From contig CAWFOU010000001.1 of the NCBI GenBank assembly GCA_963817525.1, forward strand, positions 64,001 to 128,000: a stretch of 64,000 bases of DNA. Direction: 5' to 3'. This document shows positions 19,286-28,454 of the stretch, piece after piece. The stretch comes from an uncultured archaeon. GTDB lineage: Archaea; Thermoproteota; Nitrososphaeria; Nitrososphaerales; Gagatemarchaeaceae. The translations under genes were made by a program, and so were the position numbers. Below the pieces are notes generated by a model. That model was not told the DNA's origin. It made no database searches and saw only the letters and a list, made by a program, of their open reading frames with translations. Within the stretch, counting starts at the first letter, position 1; each line of letters starts with the position of its first letter.

Positions 19286-19369
19286 TGGTCAAGCATGCTG
19301 GCCTTTGGAAGAGGCGGAAACGTCTCGAGAGGACAGCCGGCGACCCAGGTTCGAATCCTGGCCGGGCTA
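19254..19369 (+). tRNA. tRNA-Gln(UUG) with two introns (19264-19280 at 10/11; 19309-19334 at 37/38)
   Basis: Exons 19254-19263, 19281-19308 and 19335-19369 give a 73-nt cloverleaf: A1-U72 acceptor AGCCCGG/CCGGGCT, anticodon arm CTGGC-CTTTGGA-GCCGG, GGTTCGAATCC. Both introns form BHB-type motifs. Confidence 0.9.
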
Positions 19370-19476
19370 CCTATCTCAATGGAATCCTTTGCACCCAACT
19401 GGCCCTTGAAGCCAATGACCCAGGTTAGAATGCTGGATGGGCTACAGGTTTATGTACTAGCGGGAAAGTAAATGGG

Positions 19477-19728
19477 ATGGGAATTCTGATGGGCGAGGCA
19501 GTCATAGACGAGCGAGGAAGGATAGTGATTCCGAACGAGATAAGGTCAGAACTCAAACTGAGACCCGAGCAGAAACTCAGGATATCCAGGAAAGGGAAGG
19601 ATCTGCTGCTTTCGCCGGAGGTAAGTGCGGACGAGTTCATTTCAGAGCTGAGAGGCTGCGTGCACGGCTCGAAGATCAAGCCCGCCGACCTCAAGAACAT
19701 CTGGGGTGTCGGCCATGCTCACCATTGA
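19477..19728 (+). CDS. vapB: AbrB/MazE/SpoVT-type antitoxin
   Basis: IDERGRIVIPNEIR. Overlaps the PIN gene. Confidence 0.85.
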   Translation: MGILMGEAVIDERGRIVIPNEIRSELKLRPEQKLRISRKGKDLLLSPEVSADEFISELRGCVHGSKIKPADLKNIWGVGHAHH

Positions 19729-20128
19729 CACGAACATCTGGGCCTACTACTTGGACAGTGACTGTTCGGAGCATCGATCGGTCGTCGGACCGGTGGAGAA
19801 GGCACTCAGGTCAGAGCAGATAGCGATAAACACAATAATCGTGATGGAATTGGCCCACTTTCTCGTCAAGAGCCTTGGAGCTCCGATAGGCGGAGAGAAG
19901 TTGGACGAGTTCCTTCGATTCCCGCTGGTCATCACGGACTTTGATTACCGGCACGCCCTCGGCGCAATAGAGATGCTGAAGAAGTACTCGCACTTGGGCA
20001 TCGGGGGCAGGGACGCAACGCTCTTGGCCATGATGGACGGCGCCGGCGAAAAGAGGATAATGACTCACGACGAACCGCTGAAGAAGGTCGACTGGATCGA
20101 ATCTATCGACCCAGTCAAACTGGCCTGA
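19706..20128 (+). CDS. vapC: PIN-domain toxin
   Basis: IDTNIW, E, GRDATL, MTHD acidic residues. Likely start ATG 19715. Confidence 0.85.
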   Translation: MSAMLTIDTNIWAYYLDSDCSEHRSVVGPVEKALRSEQIAINTIIVMELAHFLVKSLGAPIGGEKLDEFLRFPLVITDFDYRHALGAIEMLKKYSHLGIGGRDATLLAMMDGAGEKRIMTHDEPLKKVDWIESIDPVKLA

Positions 20129-20284
20129 GACGGCGCCAAATTCCCGCCTGAAAACCCCTAAACAGGTGCGGCCCTGGACGGGCTATCTCCTCATTTTTGT
20201 GCCCTGTTGCGTCAACGGAGTCGAATACTTCTGTGTTGATTATCTTGCTCGGCAAGCAGATGCTTGGCGAAGACCCTGGCCTGA

Positions 20285-20696
20285 CTATTTAGCGGGACTA
20301 CCGCGTAGCACGCGACCGACTGGCCTACCGTAAAGATAGCCAATCACCATTGCAAGAGCCAGAAACCTTGGTAGGTTGATTATCGCACCGACCAAATTGA
20401 AGACAGAGAGATTGTTGAGATTGACAAGAGTTGAAAAGGCTTCGATGATCAGTAGGGCAGCAAAGCTGAGAATCACCGACTTCACAATCGAATTCTTAGA
20501 TGGGATCCTGTCATAGGCGCGAACTAAGGAATAGCTGACGAAGCATCCTATGACCAACCCACCGACCAAAGGCGACCTTGTTGGCCGTTGCAGTTGCATC
20601 TCCGGAGACAATGAACGTTGAGCGAAAGTATGACGCAAGAGCAAATGTCCCAATGAAGACCAGATAGAAGAAGCCAGCCATTCTTGCGGCTAGCAT
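20285..20696 (-). pseudogene. Fragmentary membrane-protein remnants (DUF4386-like N-terminus joined out of frame to another TM fragment)
   Basis: ARMAGFFYL...IVSGDATATAN breaks off, and a hydrophobic ORF continues in another frame. AT-rich. Confidence 0.45.
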
Positions 20697-20734
20697 CCCT
20701 TGCGATTTTAAGGGGCATAATGCTCCCTTCGGTC

Positions 20735-21457
20735 ATGGGTCAGAAAGAGCGGAAAGCGAGAACAACGTCATCGCCCATCAAGGGAAAGCTAGTGACTAAG
20801 ACCTTCAACTACGACGGTGGTCGGCAGGCGACGGTGTACGTCCCGCCAGTTCCGGCCGAGGCAGTCGTGTTCGCCGGTGACGGCCAGTTGATCTCGCAGT
20901 GGGGCGGTGTCCTTGAGGCCGCCGGCGTACCGCCGACCATGATTGTCGGCATCCACCGGCTGGACGACGAGATGCTCAGGCTCCACGAGTACTCGCCGGC
21001 CTTTGACGCGGAACGGTTCGCGGCGCACGAGAAGTTCTTCGTCGAAGACGTCCGCAAATGGGCGCGGAAACGTTTCGGAGTCGCGCTGCCCGCCGAGCGC
21101 ACGGCGGTGTTCGGCGTCTCCGCGAGCGGAGAGCTCGCCCTCGCCATGGGGCTTCGCCATCCCGACATCTATGGTTCGGTCTTCTGCGCATCGCCGGGCG
21201 GAGGATACCGACCGCCTGTCGTGATGCCGGATTCACTCCCGCGCGCTTACCTCGTCGCCGGCACGTTAGAGCCGTTCTTTCTCGAGAACGCGACCCGTTG
21301 GGCGGTCGCATTGCGCGACGCAGGTGCGGAGGTTGTCATGACCGAGCGGGTTGGGTCGCACGGCGACGCGTTTTGGAGAGAAGAGTTCCCGCTGATGGCG
21401 GCCTGGACGTTCGGACGCTTAGGGACTTCTCGGACAAATCGAACCGCGAGCCTCTAA
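20735..21457 (+). CDS. Alpha/beta-hydrolase putative esterase (Fes-like)
   Basis: TVYVPP, GVSASG nucleophile elbow, C-terminal GSH. Confidence 0.8.
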   Translation: MGQKERKARTTSSPIKGKLVTKTFNYDGGRQATVYVPPVPAEAVVFAGDGQLISQWGGVLEAAGVPPTMIVGIHRLDDEMLRLHEYSPAFDAERFAAHEKFFVEDVRKWARKRFGVALPAERTAVFGVSASGELALAMGLRHPDIYGSVFCASPGGGYRPPVVMPDSLPRAYLVAGTLEPFFLENATRWAVALRDAGAEVVMTERVGSHGDAFWREEFPLMAAWTFGRLGTSRTNRTASL

Positions 21458-21519
21458 TCCTGGACGCGCTATCTCTCCGAGCCAAACTCTTATATCGTTG
21501 CCGGCATCGTTGAACGGTA

Positions 21520-21738
21520 GTGGTATCGATGGAAACCGTCAAGGTCTCAAAAAAGTATCAAGTCGTCATCCCTGAGAAATTGCGCGATGACGCCAAGATA
21601 AGACCAGGAGACAAAATGCTCGTGATAACCAAGCACGGTATCCTTCAGTACATACCGGTTCGCCCGATCGAGAAGACCAAGGGAATGGTGAAGGGTTTGG
21701 ACACTAAGGTCATTCGTGACGAGCACGACCGTCCTTGA
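21520..21738 (+). CDS. vapB: AbrB-type antitoxin
   Basis: VKVSKKYQVVIPEKLR. Confidence 0.88.
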   Translation: MVSMETVKVSKKYQVVIPEKLRDDAKIRPGDKMLVITKHGILQYIPVRPIEKTKGMVKGLDTKVIRDEHDRP

Positions 21739-22106
21739 TCTCTATCGATAGCTACGGCTGGATAGAGCGATTCACAGATGGTCCGAAGGCGAAGCACTAC
21801 AACGCCGTAATCGACCAAAGACCCGGTGAAGAGATAGTCACAGCCCCTGTCATACTATACGAAGTCTACCGGAGGATCAAGCAGTTCAAAGGAGAAGAAA
21901 TGGCTCTCGAATCCGTCGCGGCCTTGAGCGGAACGAACGTCGTTTCTCTTGATCAGACCATTAGCCTCGAGGCCGCGGATTTCAGTTTTGAACACCACTT
22001 ACACATGGCGGATGCACTTGTCTACGCGACAGCACGCCACTACGACGCGGAACTCTACACTTGCGATGAAGACCTGCGTAAGCTAAGGTCTGTGACCTTC
22101 ATCTAA
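21735..22106 (+). CDS. vapC: PIN-domain toxin
   Basis: IDSYGWIE, LYEVY, MADALVYATA, TCD. Confidence 0.9.
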   Translation: MISIDSYGWIERFTDGPKAKHYNAVIDQRPGEEIVTAPVILYEVYRRIKQFKGEEMALESVAALSGTNVVSLDQTISLEAADFSFEHHLHMADALVYATARHYDAELYTCDEDLRKLRSVTFI

Positions 22107-22231
22107 ATCGCTAGCATCGCGGCCGGATCGACGGCCCAGAAGTAGCAGGCACCCGCGAGGCAAGTCTTCGGTCGTGGAGCTCCCAACGTAGGATTGGTAC
22201 AAAATCGGGCGCGGAACCCTTGACGCCTGCC

Positions 22232-22687
22232 CTAGCGCTTCGCTTTCTTTGATTCTTCTTCTCTGATTTGCGCGGCGAGCTTGCGCGGGTCGATCCTCGT
22301 GATTCTGGGGATTCTATCGTAGGCATCGTCGGTCGAGACCATCTTGTGCTCAGGATCTTCCAGCAGGCACGTGGCTGCGTGGTAGGAGTCGAAGATGGAG
22401 GACAATCCGTACGTCGTGACAAGCGAGAGGGCGAGCAAGTCGTGGTCAGTTGTTGTTGAGGCCCAGGATAGGTTCGAAATCCTCGTCAGTGCCCCGACCT
22501 TGGAAAGGATGTCCGCAGGAGGATGGCCTGTCCTGGCGAGGAGGTAGTAGAGCTCGTGAATGGCCTCTCTGCTCACCTGTACTTTGCCAAACCTGCCAGC
22601 GACAACATGCCTCAGAATCATCTCGGCATCCTCCTTGAGCCAATCCTCGTCCTTGATGTGTGAGAAGAGGATGTCCGTCTCAATCAT
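22232..22687 (-). CDS. vapC: PIN-domain toxin
   Basis: IETDIL, IHEL, IFDSYHAAT, VSTDDAYDRI. Confidence 0.85.
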   Translation of the reverse strand: MIETDILFSHIKDEDWLKEDAEMILRHVVAGRFGKVQVSREAIHELYYLLARTGHPPADILSKVGALTRISNLSWASTTTDHDLLALSLVTTYGLSSIFDSYHAATCLLEDPEHKMVSTDDAYDRIPRITRIDPRKLAAQIREEESKKAKR

Positions 22688-22935
22688 CAAAGCTGCTTCC
22701 GCCTCGTTGCCCTGTTTCTCGCGTCTTCGCCCGCGCCGTCCTCTGCCGCTCGCTTCAGCTCCTTCACGTCTCGATCCTCCTTCAGCCAAGATCCAGAGGA
22801 CAGAAGAGGATCCGAGGGGATCGGGATGCCGAGAAAGTACGAATTCGCGTCGATGATGATCACGGATTCTCCAGGAAAGACCATCTCTCGAGGCAGCTTG
22901 ATTCTCCCTCTGTCATCGACCTTGGTAACGGCCAT
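22687..22935 (-). CDS. vapB: AbrB-type antitoxin
   Basis: MAVTKVDDRGRIKLP. Coupled to the PIN gene. Confidence 0.8.
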   Translation of the reverse strand: MAVTKVDDRGRIKLPREMVFPGESVIIIDANSYFLGIPIPSDPLLSSGSWLKEDRDVKELKRAAEDGAGEDARNRATRRKQL

Positions 22936-23162
22936 TCTTACCCCAAATGCCAGAATCTGCCCCAATTATTATATCTTCCCCCACATTAGTGAATTTGCCC
23001 ACGGGCGGGCGACGGATTCGAACCTGTTTGGTGGCGGGCCCTCAACCGGCTGTTTTTCTCCCAATTCGCCAGCCGTGCCCAGAGGTGTTTCTCGGCCGGG
23101 TCACTGATGCCCAACGCGGCTGTTAAATAACTCACGGCCGAGAGACGCCACTCGACCACCCG

Positions 23163-23642
23163 ATGCCCGAATTTCGCATCCGGCGCGCTTCCATCCGGGA
23201 CCTGCGCACGATGGTCCACCAGCGCCGCGCGATGTTCGTCGACATGGGGCCCGCGACACAGGAGCAGCTCGCCGCACTCGACAGGACGTATGCAAGGTTC
23301 GTGCGGCGGGAGATGAAGGCAAGGCGCCTCTCCTGCTACCTTGCCGAGACGAAGGAAGGGAAGGTCGTGGCCGGCGGCGCGATCTGGCTCAGGGAGACTC
23401 CCCCTCGCGTCAACTTTCCAGGCGGCAGGATACCCTACCTCATGTCCTTTTACACCGAGCCAGCGTTTCGAGGCAAGGGTCTCGCCACCCGAATCGTGAA
23501 GGAGGCCATGAAGTGGGGCAGCGAGAGGGGATATCCGTGGATGATGCTCCACGCCACCGCGGCGGGGAGGGGCGTCTACGAGAAGCTCGGCTGGGAGCCG
23601 ACGAGCGAGATGCGATACAAAATCACGATGGCGGGGAATTGA
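23163..23642 (+). CDS. GNAT N-acetyltransferase
   Basis: YTEPAFRGKGLA, GRGVYEKLGW. Paralog at 55799-56329. Confidence 0.9.
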   Translation: MPEFRIRRASIRDLRTMVHQRRAMFVDMGPATQEQLAALDRTYARFVRREMKARRLSCYLAETKEGKVVAGGAIWLRETPPRVNFPGGRIPYLMSFYTEPAFRGKGLATRIVKEAMKWGSERGYPWMMLHATAAGRGVYEKLGWEPTSEMRYKITMAGN

Positions 23643-23648
23643 GGGCGC

Positions 23649-23836
23649 CTACGGACGATGGAACTGTTCGGGCTTTTGAGGAAGAGCCTGAAGGGAATCA
23701 ATCACCGGTCTTAGCTGCTTCTCCTTCTCGGTCAGCGAGTACCGCATTGAAAGGGCCGCGCGCTCCGCACGTCTCTTTTCACGATTTCCTCCGACTCTAG
23801 GTACTTCAAGACCCTAGAGAGAGTCTTGGGCTCCAT
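23649..23836 (-). pseudogene. HxlR-family regulator remnant (truncated, frameshifted)
   Basis: PKTLSRVLKYLESEEIVKR...RPF, then in another frame RYSLTEKEKQLRPVIDSL. Confidence 0.6.
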
Positions 23837-23898
23837 GCCTACCCCGAGCTTGGCCTTAGCCCAGGAGGGGCTAGTCCGCAATCCGAGCCCGAGGCCTT

Positions 23899-24447
23899 CT
23901 AGTCGAACAATTCGAGGCCGCAGGTGGCGAGGCTAGTCTTGACCGTCTCGACGTCCCGAGGGATCAGCTCCGTCCCGATCTGCGTTCGCGCCATGAGCTG
24001 GTTGGGCGGCCTGTCTGGAGGCGCGGGAGGGGGATGGTCGAGCCAGTGCTCGAGGCCGAAGAAGTGGCCCATCTCGTGCGCGACCGTGCGGTAGTCGGGC
24101 ATTTTCGTGTCGTCGACTATCACGAACGTCTTCTTGGGCCGGAACACCTTCCCATTCGACCCTCCGATCGAGCGCACGAAGATCCCCGTTATCTCATGAG
24201 GCTCTGGGCCTGTGAGGTCGAGGAGCGCGTCGGTGTCCCCCAGCCGGTCGTGGGCTGTTTGGACCAGGTGTTCGAGCCTCACTGGGTCGAACTCCCACTC
24301 CGACACTGACGCTTCGAAGCGGATGTCCGCCTGACGCCATATCTCGTTCGCCCGCCGGAAGATCTCGACAACCTCCTTGACCGTCCTTGATGAAGAGTGG
24401 ACAGGGTCGTTCTTTGCGATAAGGGCTCTGACCTTCAGCGTCGGCAT
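23899..24447 (-). CDS. Metzincin-type zinc metalloprotease
   Basis: HEMGHFFGLEH and downstream QLM Met-turn. Confidence 0.75.
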   Translation of the reverse strand: MPTLKVRALIAKNDPVHSSSRTVKEVVEIFRRANEIWRQADIRFEASVSEWEFDPVRLEHLVQTAHDRLGDTDALLDLTGPEPHEITGIFVRSIGGSNGKVFRPKKTFVIVDDTKMPDYRTVAHEMGHFFGLEHWLDHPPPAPPDRPPNQLMARTQIGTELIPRDVETVKTSLATCGLELFD

Positions 24448-24569
24448 CCGAGGAGTCGTCTGTCAAGGGCGGAGATCTTGCCGGTAAAAATTTTGTGATG
24501 GCTGAGGAAGACCCCGTGCGTCCGGTCGACTTGACTTTATGAGCAAGACCTCCTCGGGGGAGCAGGGCC

Positions 24570-25535
24570 ATGCCGAAGCCATACGGGGCAGACGACCCTA
24601 TCGCGGACCCGCAAGCCGTAGGCGCGCCCATAACTCGCACGGCGATCTTTCTTGTGGTCACCGTTAACCCAGGGGCCGCAAGCCGAGCCGCGGTCCGCTC
24701 CTTGTGCCACGACCTCTCCGCCCTCGTCCGCGCGGTGGGCCACCGCGTTCCCGAGGGGGAGCTCTCCTGCATCGCGGCTTTCGGGTCGGAGGCGTGGGAC
24801 TCGCTCTTCGGGAATCCACTGCCTGCGGAGTTGCACAAGTTCAAGGAGATAGCGAGCGGGAACCGCCGCGCGGTCTCGACCCCGGGCGACATCCTCTTCC
24901 ACATCCGCGCGGAGACGATGGACCTCTGCTTCGAGCTCGCGACCGAGGTGATGGCCAGGCTAGGTGAAGCGGTCTCCGCCGTCGACGAGGTCCACGGCTT
25001 CCGCTTCTTCGACCTTCGCAGCATCGTCGGGTTCGTCGACGGGACGGAGAACCCCCAGGACGATGAGTCCGTCAGGGCGACCCTCGTTGGGGACGAGGAC
25101 AAGGCCTTCGCGGGGGGCAGCTACGTGCTAGCGCAGAAGTACCTCCACGACATGACCGCGTGGAACGCGCTGACGACCGAGGAGCAGGAGGGGGTGATCG
25201 GACGCACGAAGCTCACGGACATCGAGCTCGACGACTCTGTGAAGCCGGCGTACGCCCACAACGCCGTGAGCAAGCTCGTGGAGGACGGGGTCGAGATAAA
25301 GATACTCAGGGACAACATGCCCTTCGGGGAGGCGGGTAAGGGGGAGTTCGGGACATACTTCATCGGGTACAGCCGGTCGCCCCGCACGACCGAGAAGATG
25401 CTGCAGAACATGTTCGTCGGAAAGCCGCCGGGCAACTACGACAAGCTCCTGGACTATAGCCGCGCGGTCACCGGGGGCCTGTTCTTCGCACCCTCCTCGA
25501 CCTTCCTGGACGCGGTCGCCGTCGACGAAGTGTGA
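24570..25535 (+). CDS. Dye-decolorizing (Dyp-type) peroxidase
   Basis: GFVDGTENP, QKYLHD, IGRTK, ILRDNMPFG. Confidence 0.93.
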   Translation: MPKPYGADDPIADPQAVGAPITRTAIFLVVTVNPGAASRAAVRSLCHDLSALVRAVGHRVPEGELSCIAAFGSEAWDSLFGNPLPAELHKFKEIASGNRRAVSTPGDILFHIRAETMDLCFELATEVMARLGEAVSAVDEVHGFRFFDLRSIVGFVDGTENPQDDESVRATLVGDEDKAFAGGSYVLAQKYLHDMTAWNALTTEEQEGVIGRTKLTDIELDDSVKPAYAHNAVSKLVEDGVEIKILRDNMPFGEAGKGEFGTYFIGYSRSPRTTEKMLQNMFVGKPPGNYDKLLDYSRAVTGGLFFAPSSTFLDAVAVDEV

Positions 25536-25646
25536 CCCGGAAAGACTTTCTACGGCCAGGGCGCCCGGCTGAGCGACGACGGTCTGTGACAATAATCGAC
25601 GCGTGGGTCTTGCTAATCGAGATAAACCGCTGAGGGTCGACGGGGC

Positions 25647-26196
25647 CTAGGCGCTCTGTTTCTTCCTTGCCTTCGGGTGGAAGTTCTTCCCTGCCCACGC
25701 GTCCGGGTACCTCTCAGGATGAAGGGCAAAGGCAACAAGGTGCGCGGCGTCTACGCGGATGAGGAGGTCAACCTTGAGCAAGGCGTCCCTCCCTCCCTCG
25801 AACGCCTCGACCCACTCATGCCCTAGCTCCTTGAAGCCCGAGGTCCCCTTCCGGAGCGGGACGGGGGTCCCGTGGCCGATTATCACGAGGTGGTTCTCAT
25901 AATACGTGAACCCCATGGTGGGGTTCATGAACAGCCGCTTGACCGTCGTCGACCGCGAGTCGGTGGCGAGGATGAACTTCCCGTGGAGGAACGCGGCCGA
26001 CCGGGGCGCTGCCCTGGGCTCACCCTTAGTTCACGGTCGCCACCGCTACGAGGTTTATCCCTTGGAAGCCAGCGAGCTGCCCCGCCGAAAGCCTGTGGCT
26101 GGCGTCGAAGCCCGAGTAGCGGATGTTCGGGGACTTTTCGTAGCTGGAGTCAAGCAGATCCTGAAGCTCGTCCAGCTCCGCCTTGGTCTCGAACAC
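25647..26196 (-). pseudogene. Pyridoxamine-5'-phosphate oxidase-family protein, frameshifted near 26028
   Basis: MFETKAELDELQDLLDSSY...VAVATVN, then a frame change to KGEPRAAPRSAAFLHGKF. Confidence 0.65.
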
Positions 26197-26279
26197 GGGG
26201 TCGATGACCTCCGAACGATATTTATCCGTTGGGCGCTTTTGGGAGACCTTCCGACGCCGACTAGAGGGTCACCCTACAG

Positions 26280-27449
26280 CTAGTGCGCCGCATAGTACGC
26301 GGCCACCGCCCTGAAGGATTCCTTCGGCTCCCACGGCAAATCCGGATATGTCACACCGTGCTCGCCCGTCGGACCTGAGAAGCCGTCCAGGACGTGGGGG
26401 TCGAGGTCAATCCCCATCATTTCCCTGGCCCCCTGAACGGCCTGTCTCCTGAACTCTTCCACCGTTTCTGCCTCGGGGAAGCTCTTCACCAGGCTGAAGT
26501 TCGCCATGTCGGTGTCGTACCTCGGATCCGAGCGGTATGGGGAGTTAGGAACCACGAAGGTTTGCACGAAGGCGCCTTCAACCCCCGCTGCGTCGAGCAC
26601 CCCCAACTGATCGACCAGCTCGCGCGCCTGGAGCCCCTCGTCGCGGATGTAATGCCCGTCGGCCCTGGGCGGGACGTGCGCCATATCCAAGAACATCTTG
26701 GGAAGCTTCTTGTTCGGCCCCAGCAGGCCTTCTATCATCCCGAAGCTTATCATGAAGCCGCTGCCTCCGAGCAGGTCCGCGCCCCTGAAGGTGCAGCATC
26801 CGAACTCCCCTACGATGACGGGCTTGCCAAAGGCTTTGTACTTGATCATCGTCTGGCCATAGGAGTCTTTGATTCGTGCGTCTCTGTAATGGTCTACCCC
26901 CACGAAGTCGAAGGGTCTCCAGTCGACGACTTCGAAGGGTAGGGAGAAGTAGGTCAGCGGGCCGCGGAACGGCTTCGCGGCCTGGCTCAGGTTCGACAGG
27001 TACGCATTGAGCGGGCCGTTCTGCTTCCCAGCCATTATGTTGCCCCAGAACGAGGGGCGGGACATCCGGTCAAAGACGTGCTTGCCCTCGATCATCCCCT
27101 GGGAGAAGAGGGTGAGCTCGGAGCCCACGCTGAAGACCAGCTTTCCTGGCCACTTCCGACGGAGCTCCTCTGCCCGCTCCGCCGCGCTCGCGATGTATTC
27201 GAGAGTCTCCTCCTGGCTGCTGTCCCACATCTCGGGGCAGAACCAGACCTCCAGTCCCGCGTCCAGCGCGGCCTCGCTCGCGACGGCAAGCCGGTCGATG
27301 TCGAGGCCGCAGATCCTCACGGCGTTGCAGTGAAGGTCTTCCTTGATTATGCCCAGCTCCCGCGTTGCGAGAGCCGCGTCAAACTTCGGGCGCCACGATG
27401 CCCCCATCATCACGCGCCCCGCGTCGTAGCAGACCCCCTTGCGGTTCAA
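26280..27449 (-). CDS. Glycoside-hydrolase-like TIM-barrel protein
   Basis: KGVCYD, DLHCNAVRI, VGSEL and VGEFG (clan GH-A-like Glu positions). TTG start overlaps the TetR stop. Confidence 0.7.
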   Translation of the reverse strand: MNRKGVCYDAGRVMMGASWRPKFDAALATRELGIIKEDLHCNAVRICGLDIDRLAVASEAALDAGLEVWFCPEMWDSSQEETLEYIASAAERAEELRRKWPGKLVFSVGSELTLFSQGMIEGKHVFDRMSRPSFWGNIMAGKQNGPLNAYLSNLSQAAKPFRGPLTYFSLPFEVVDWRPFDFVGVDHYRDARIKDSYGQTMIKYKAFGKPVIVGEFGCCTFRGADLLGGSGFMISFGMIEGLLGPNKKLPKMFLDMAHVPPRADGHYIRDEGLQARELVDQLGVLDAAGVEGAFVQTFVVPNSPYRSDPRYDTDMANFSLVKSFPEAETVEEFRRQAVQGAREMMGIDLDPHVLDGFSGPTGEHGVTYPDLPWEPKESFRAVAAYYAAH

Positions 27450-28069
27450 TTCGCGACCGCCTCCTTCGGGTCCGGCCTGACCATCCTCATGACGACCCTG
27501 GCGTCGGGGATGGACCCTCTCGCCTCGTCCGGGCTGAGGGTGAGCATCGCTCTGGACAGCCCGTCCAGGCAAGCCATCAACGCGCCCAGCAGCTGGTCAG
27601 GGTCGTCCTTGGCGATCTCCCCGGTTATCTGACCCTGCGCGATCAGCTTCCTCATCTCCGCTCGGACGACCCCCCCGCTCTTCCGGACGACGTCCCGGAG
27701 CTCGTTCGGAGCCTTGTAGTCGGTGAGCACCTGGTATAGCAGCTGATAGAACTCGGGCTCCCGCCGCCTCGCCGCCAGGATATACGAGATGAGAAGATAC
27801 AGCCTCTCTCCGGGGGTGCCTTTTATGGCCTTTAGGCGGGCGTTGAATCCCCCGCCCGCCTCGGTCGATTGCGCCACGAGAGTGGTGAGAATCGCCTCCT
27901 TGCTCGGGAAGTAGCGGTACGCCAGCCCCTGGCTGATACCCGCCTCCTCGGCGACCTCCGACATCGTGGCTGCCGTCCCCTTCCTGGCGAAGACCTTCCC
28001 AGCGGCCTCAAGGATCCTCGCTCTCGCCTCATCGCGCATCTCCTTACTCGCTTGCTTGCTTCTGGGCAC
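27446..28069 (-). CDS. TetR/AcrR family regulator
   Basis: ILEAAGKVF...SEVAEEAGISQGLAYRYFPSKE. Confidence 0.92.
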   Translation of the reverse strand: MPRSKQASKEMRDEARARILEAAGKVFARKGTAATMSEVAEEAGISQGLAYRYFPSKEAILTTLVAQSTEAGGGFNARLKAIKGTPGERLYLLISYILAARRREPEFYQLLYQVLTDYKAPNELRDVVRKSGGVVRAEMRKLIAQGQITGEIAKDDPDQLLGALMACLDGLSRAMLTLSPDEARGSIPDARVVMRMVRPDPKEAVAN

Positions 28070-28085
28070 TGCTCCCGGCACCTTT

Positions 28086-28106
28086 ATGAATGAACGATTC
28101 ATTCAT
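28086..28106. promoter_or_regulatory. Putative TetR operator
   Basis: Perfect inverted repeat ATGAATGAA-CGA-TTCATTCAT between a TATA-like element and the TetR start. Confidence 0.75.
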
Positions 28107-28178
28107 CTATAAGCCTATCTGCCTCACCGGAAGCGCCACGCGTGGGGCGCAAGGCGTAATATTCCGTCTTTCGGGACC

Positions 28179-28454
28179 ATGCTCATGTCGTCGCAAGGGC
28201 AGTCTTGGATTGACTTCCTCCCCCTCGTCCTCATAGTCTTCGCGGCGGTGGTCGTGATGCTCGCGGGAAGGGGCAAGATGCTAAAGTGCCCGGAGTGCGG
28301 AAACGTCTTTGCCCCGCCCTACTTCGACCTCAAGAGGTCGGGCATCGGATGGACGCTCCCCCGTCTGGGCGTGGTGAAGTGCCCAAAGTGCGACCAGACC
28401 CGCGCCAGGCGGGACTACATCAAAGGGCCGCCGATCTCGCAGGCCACTACCTGA
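28179..28454 (+). CDS. Small TM protein with zinc ribbon
   Basis: TM helix, CPEC and CPKC. Confidence 0.7.
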   Translation: MLMSSQGQSWIDFLPLVLIVFAAVVVMLAGRGKMLKCPECGNVFAPPYFDLKRSGIGWTLPRLGVVKCPKCDQTRARRDYIKGPPISQATT

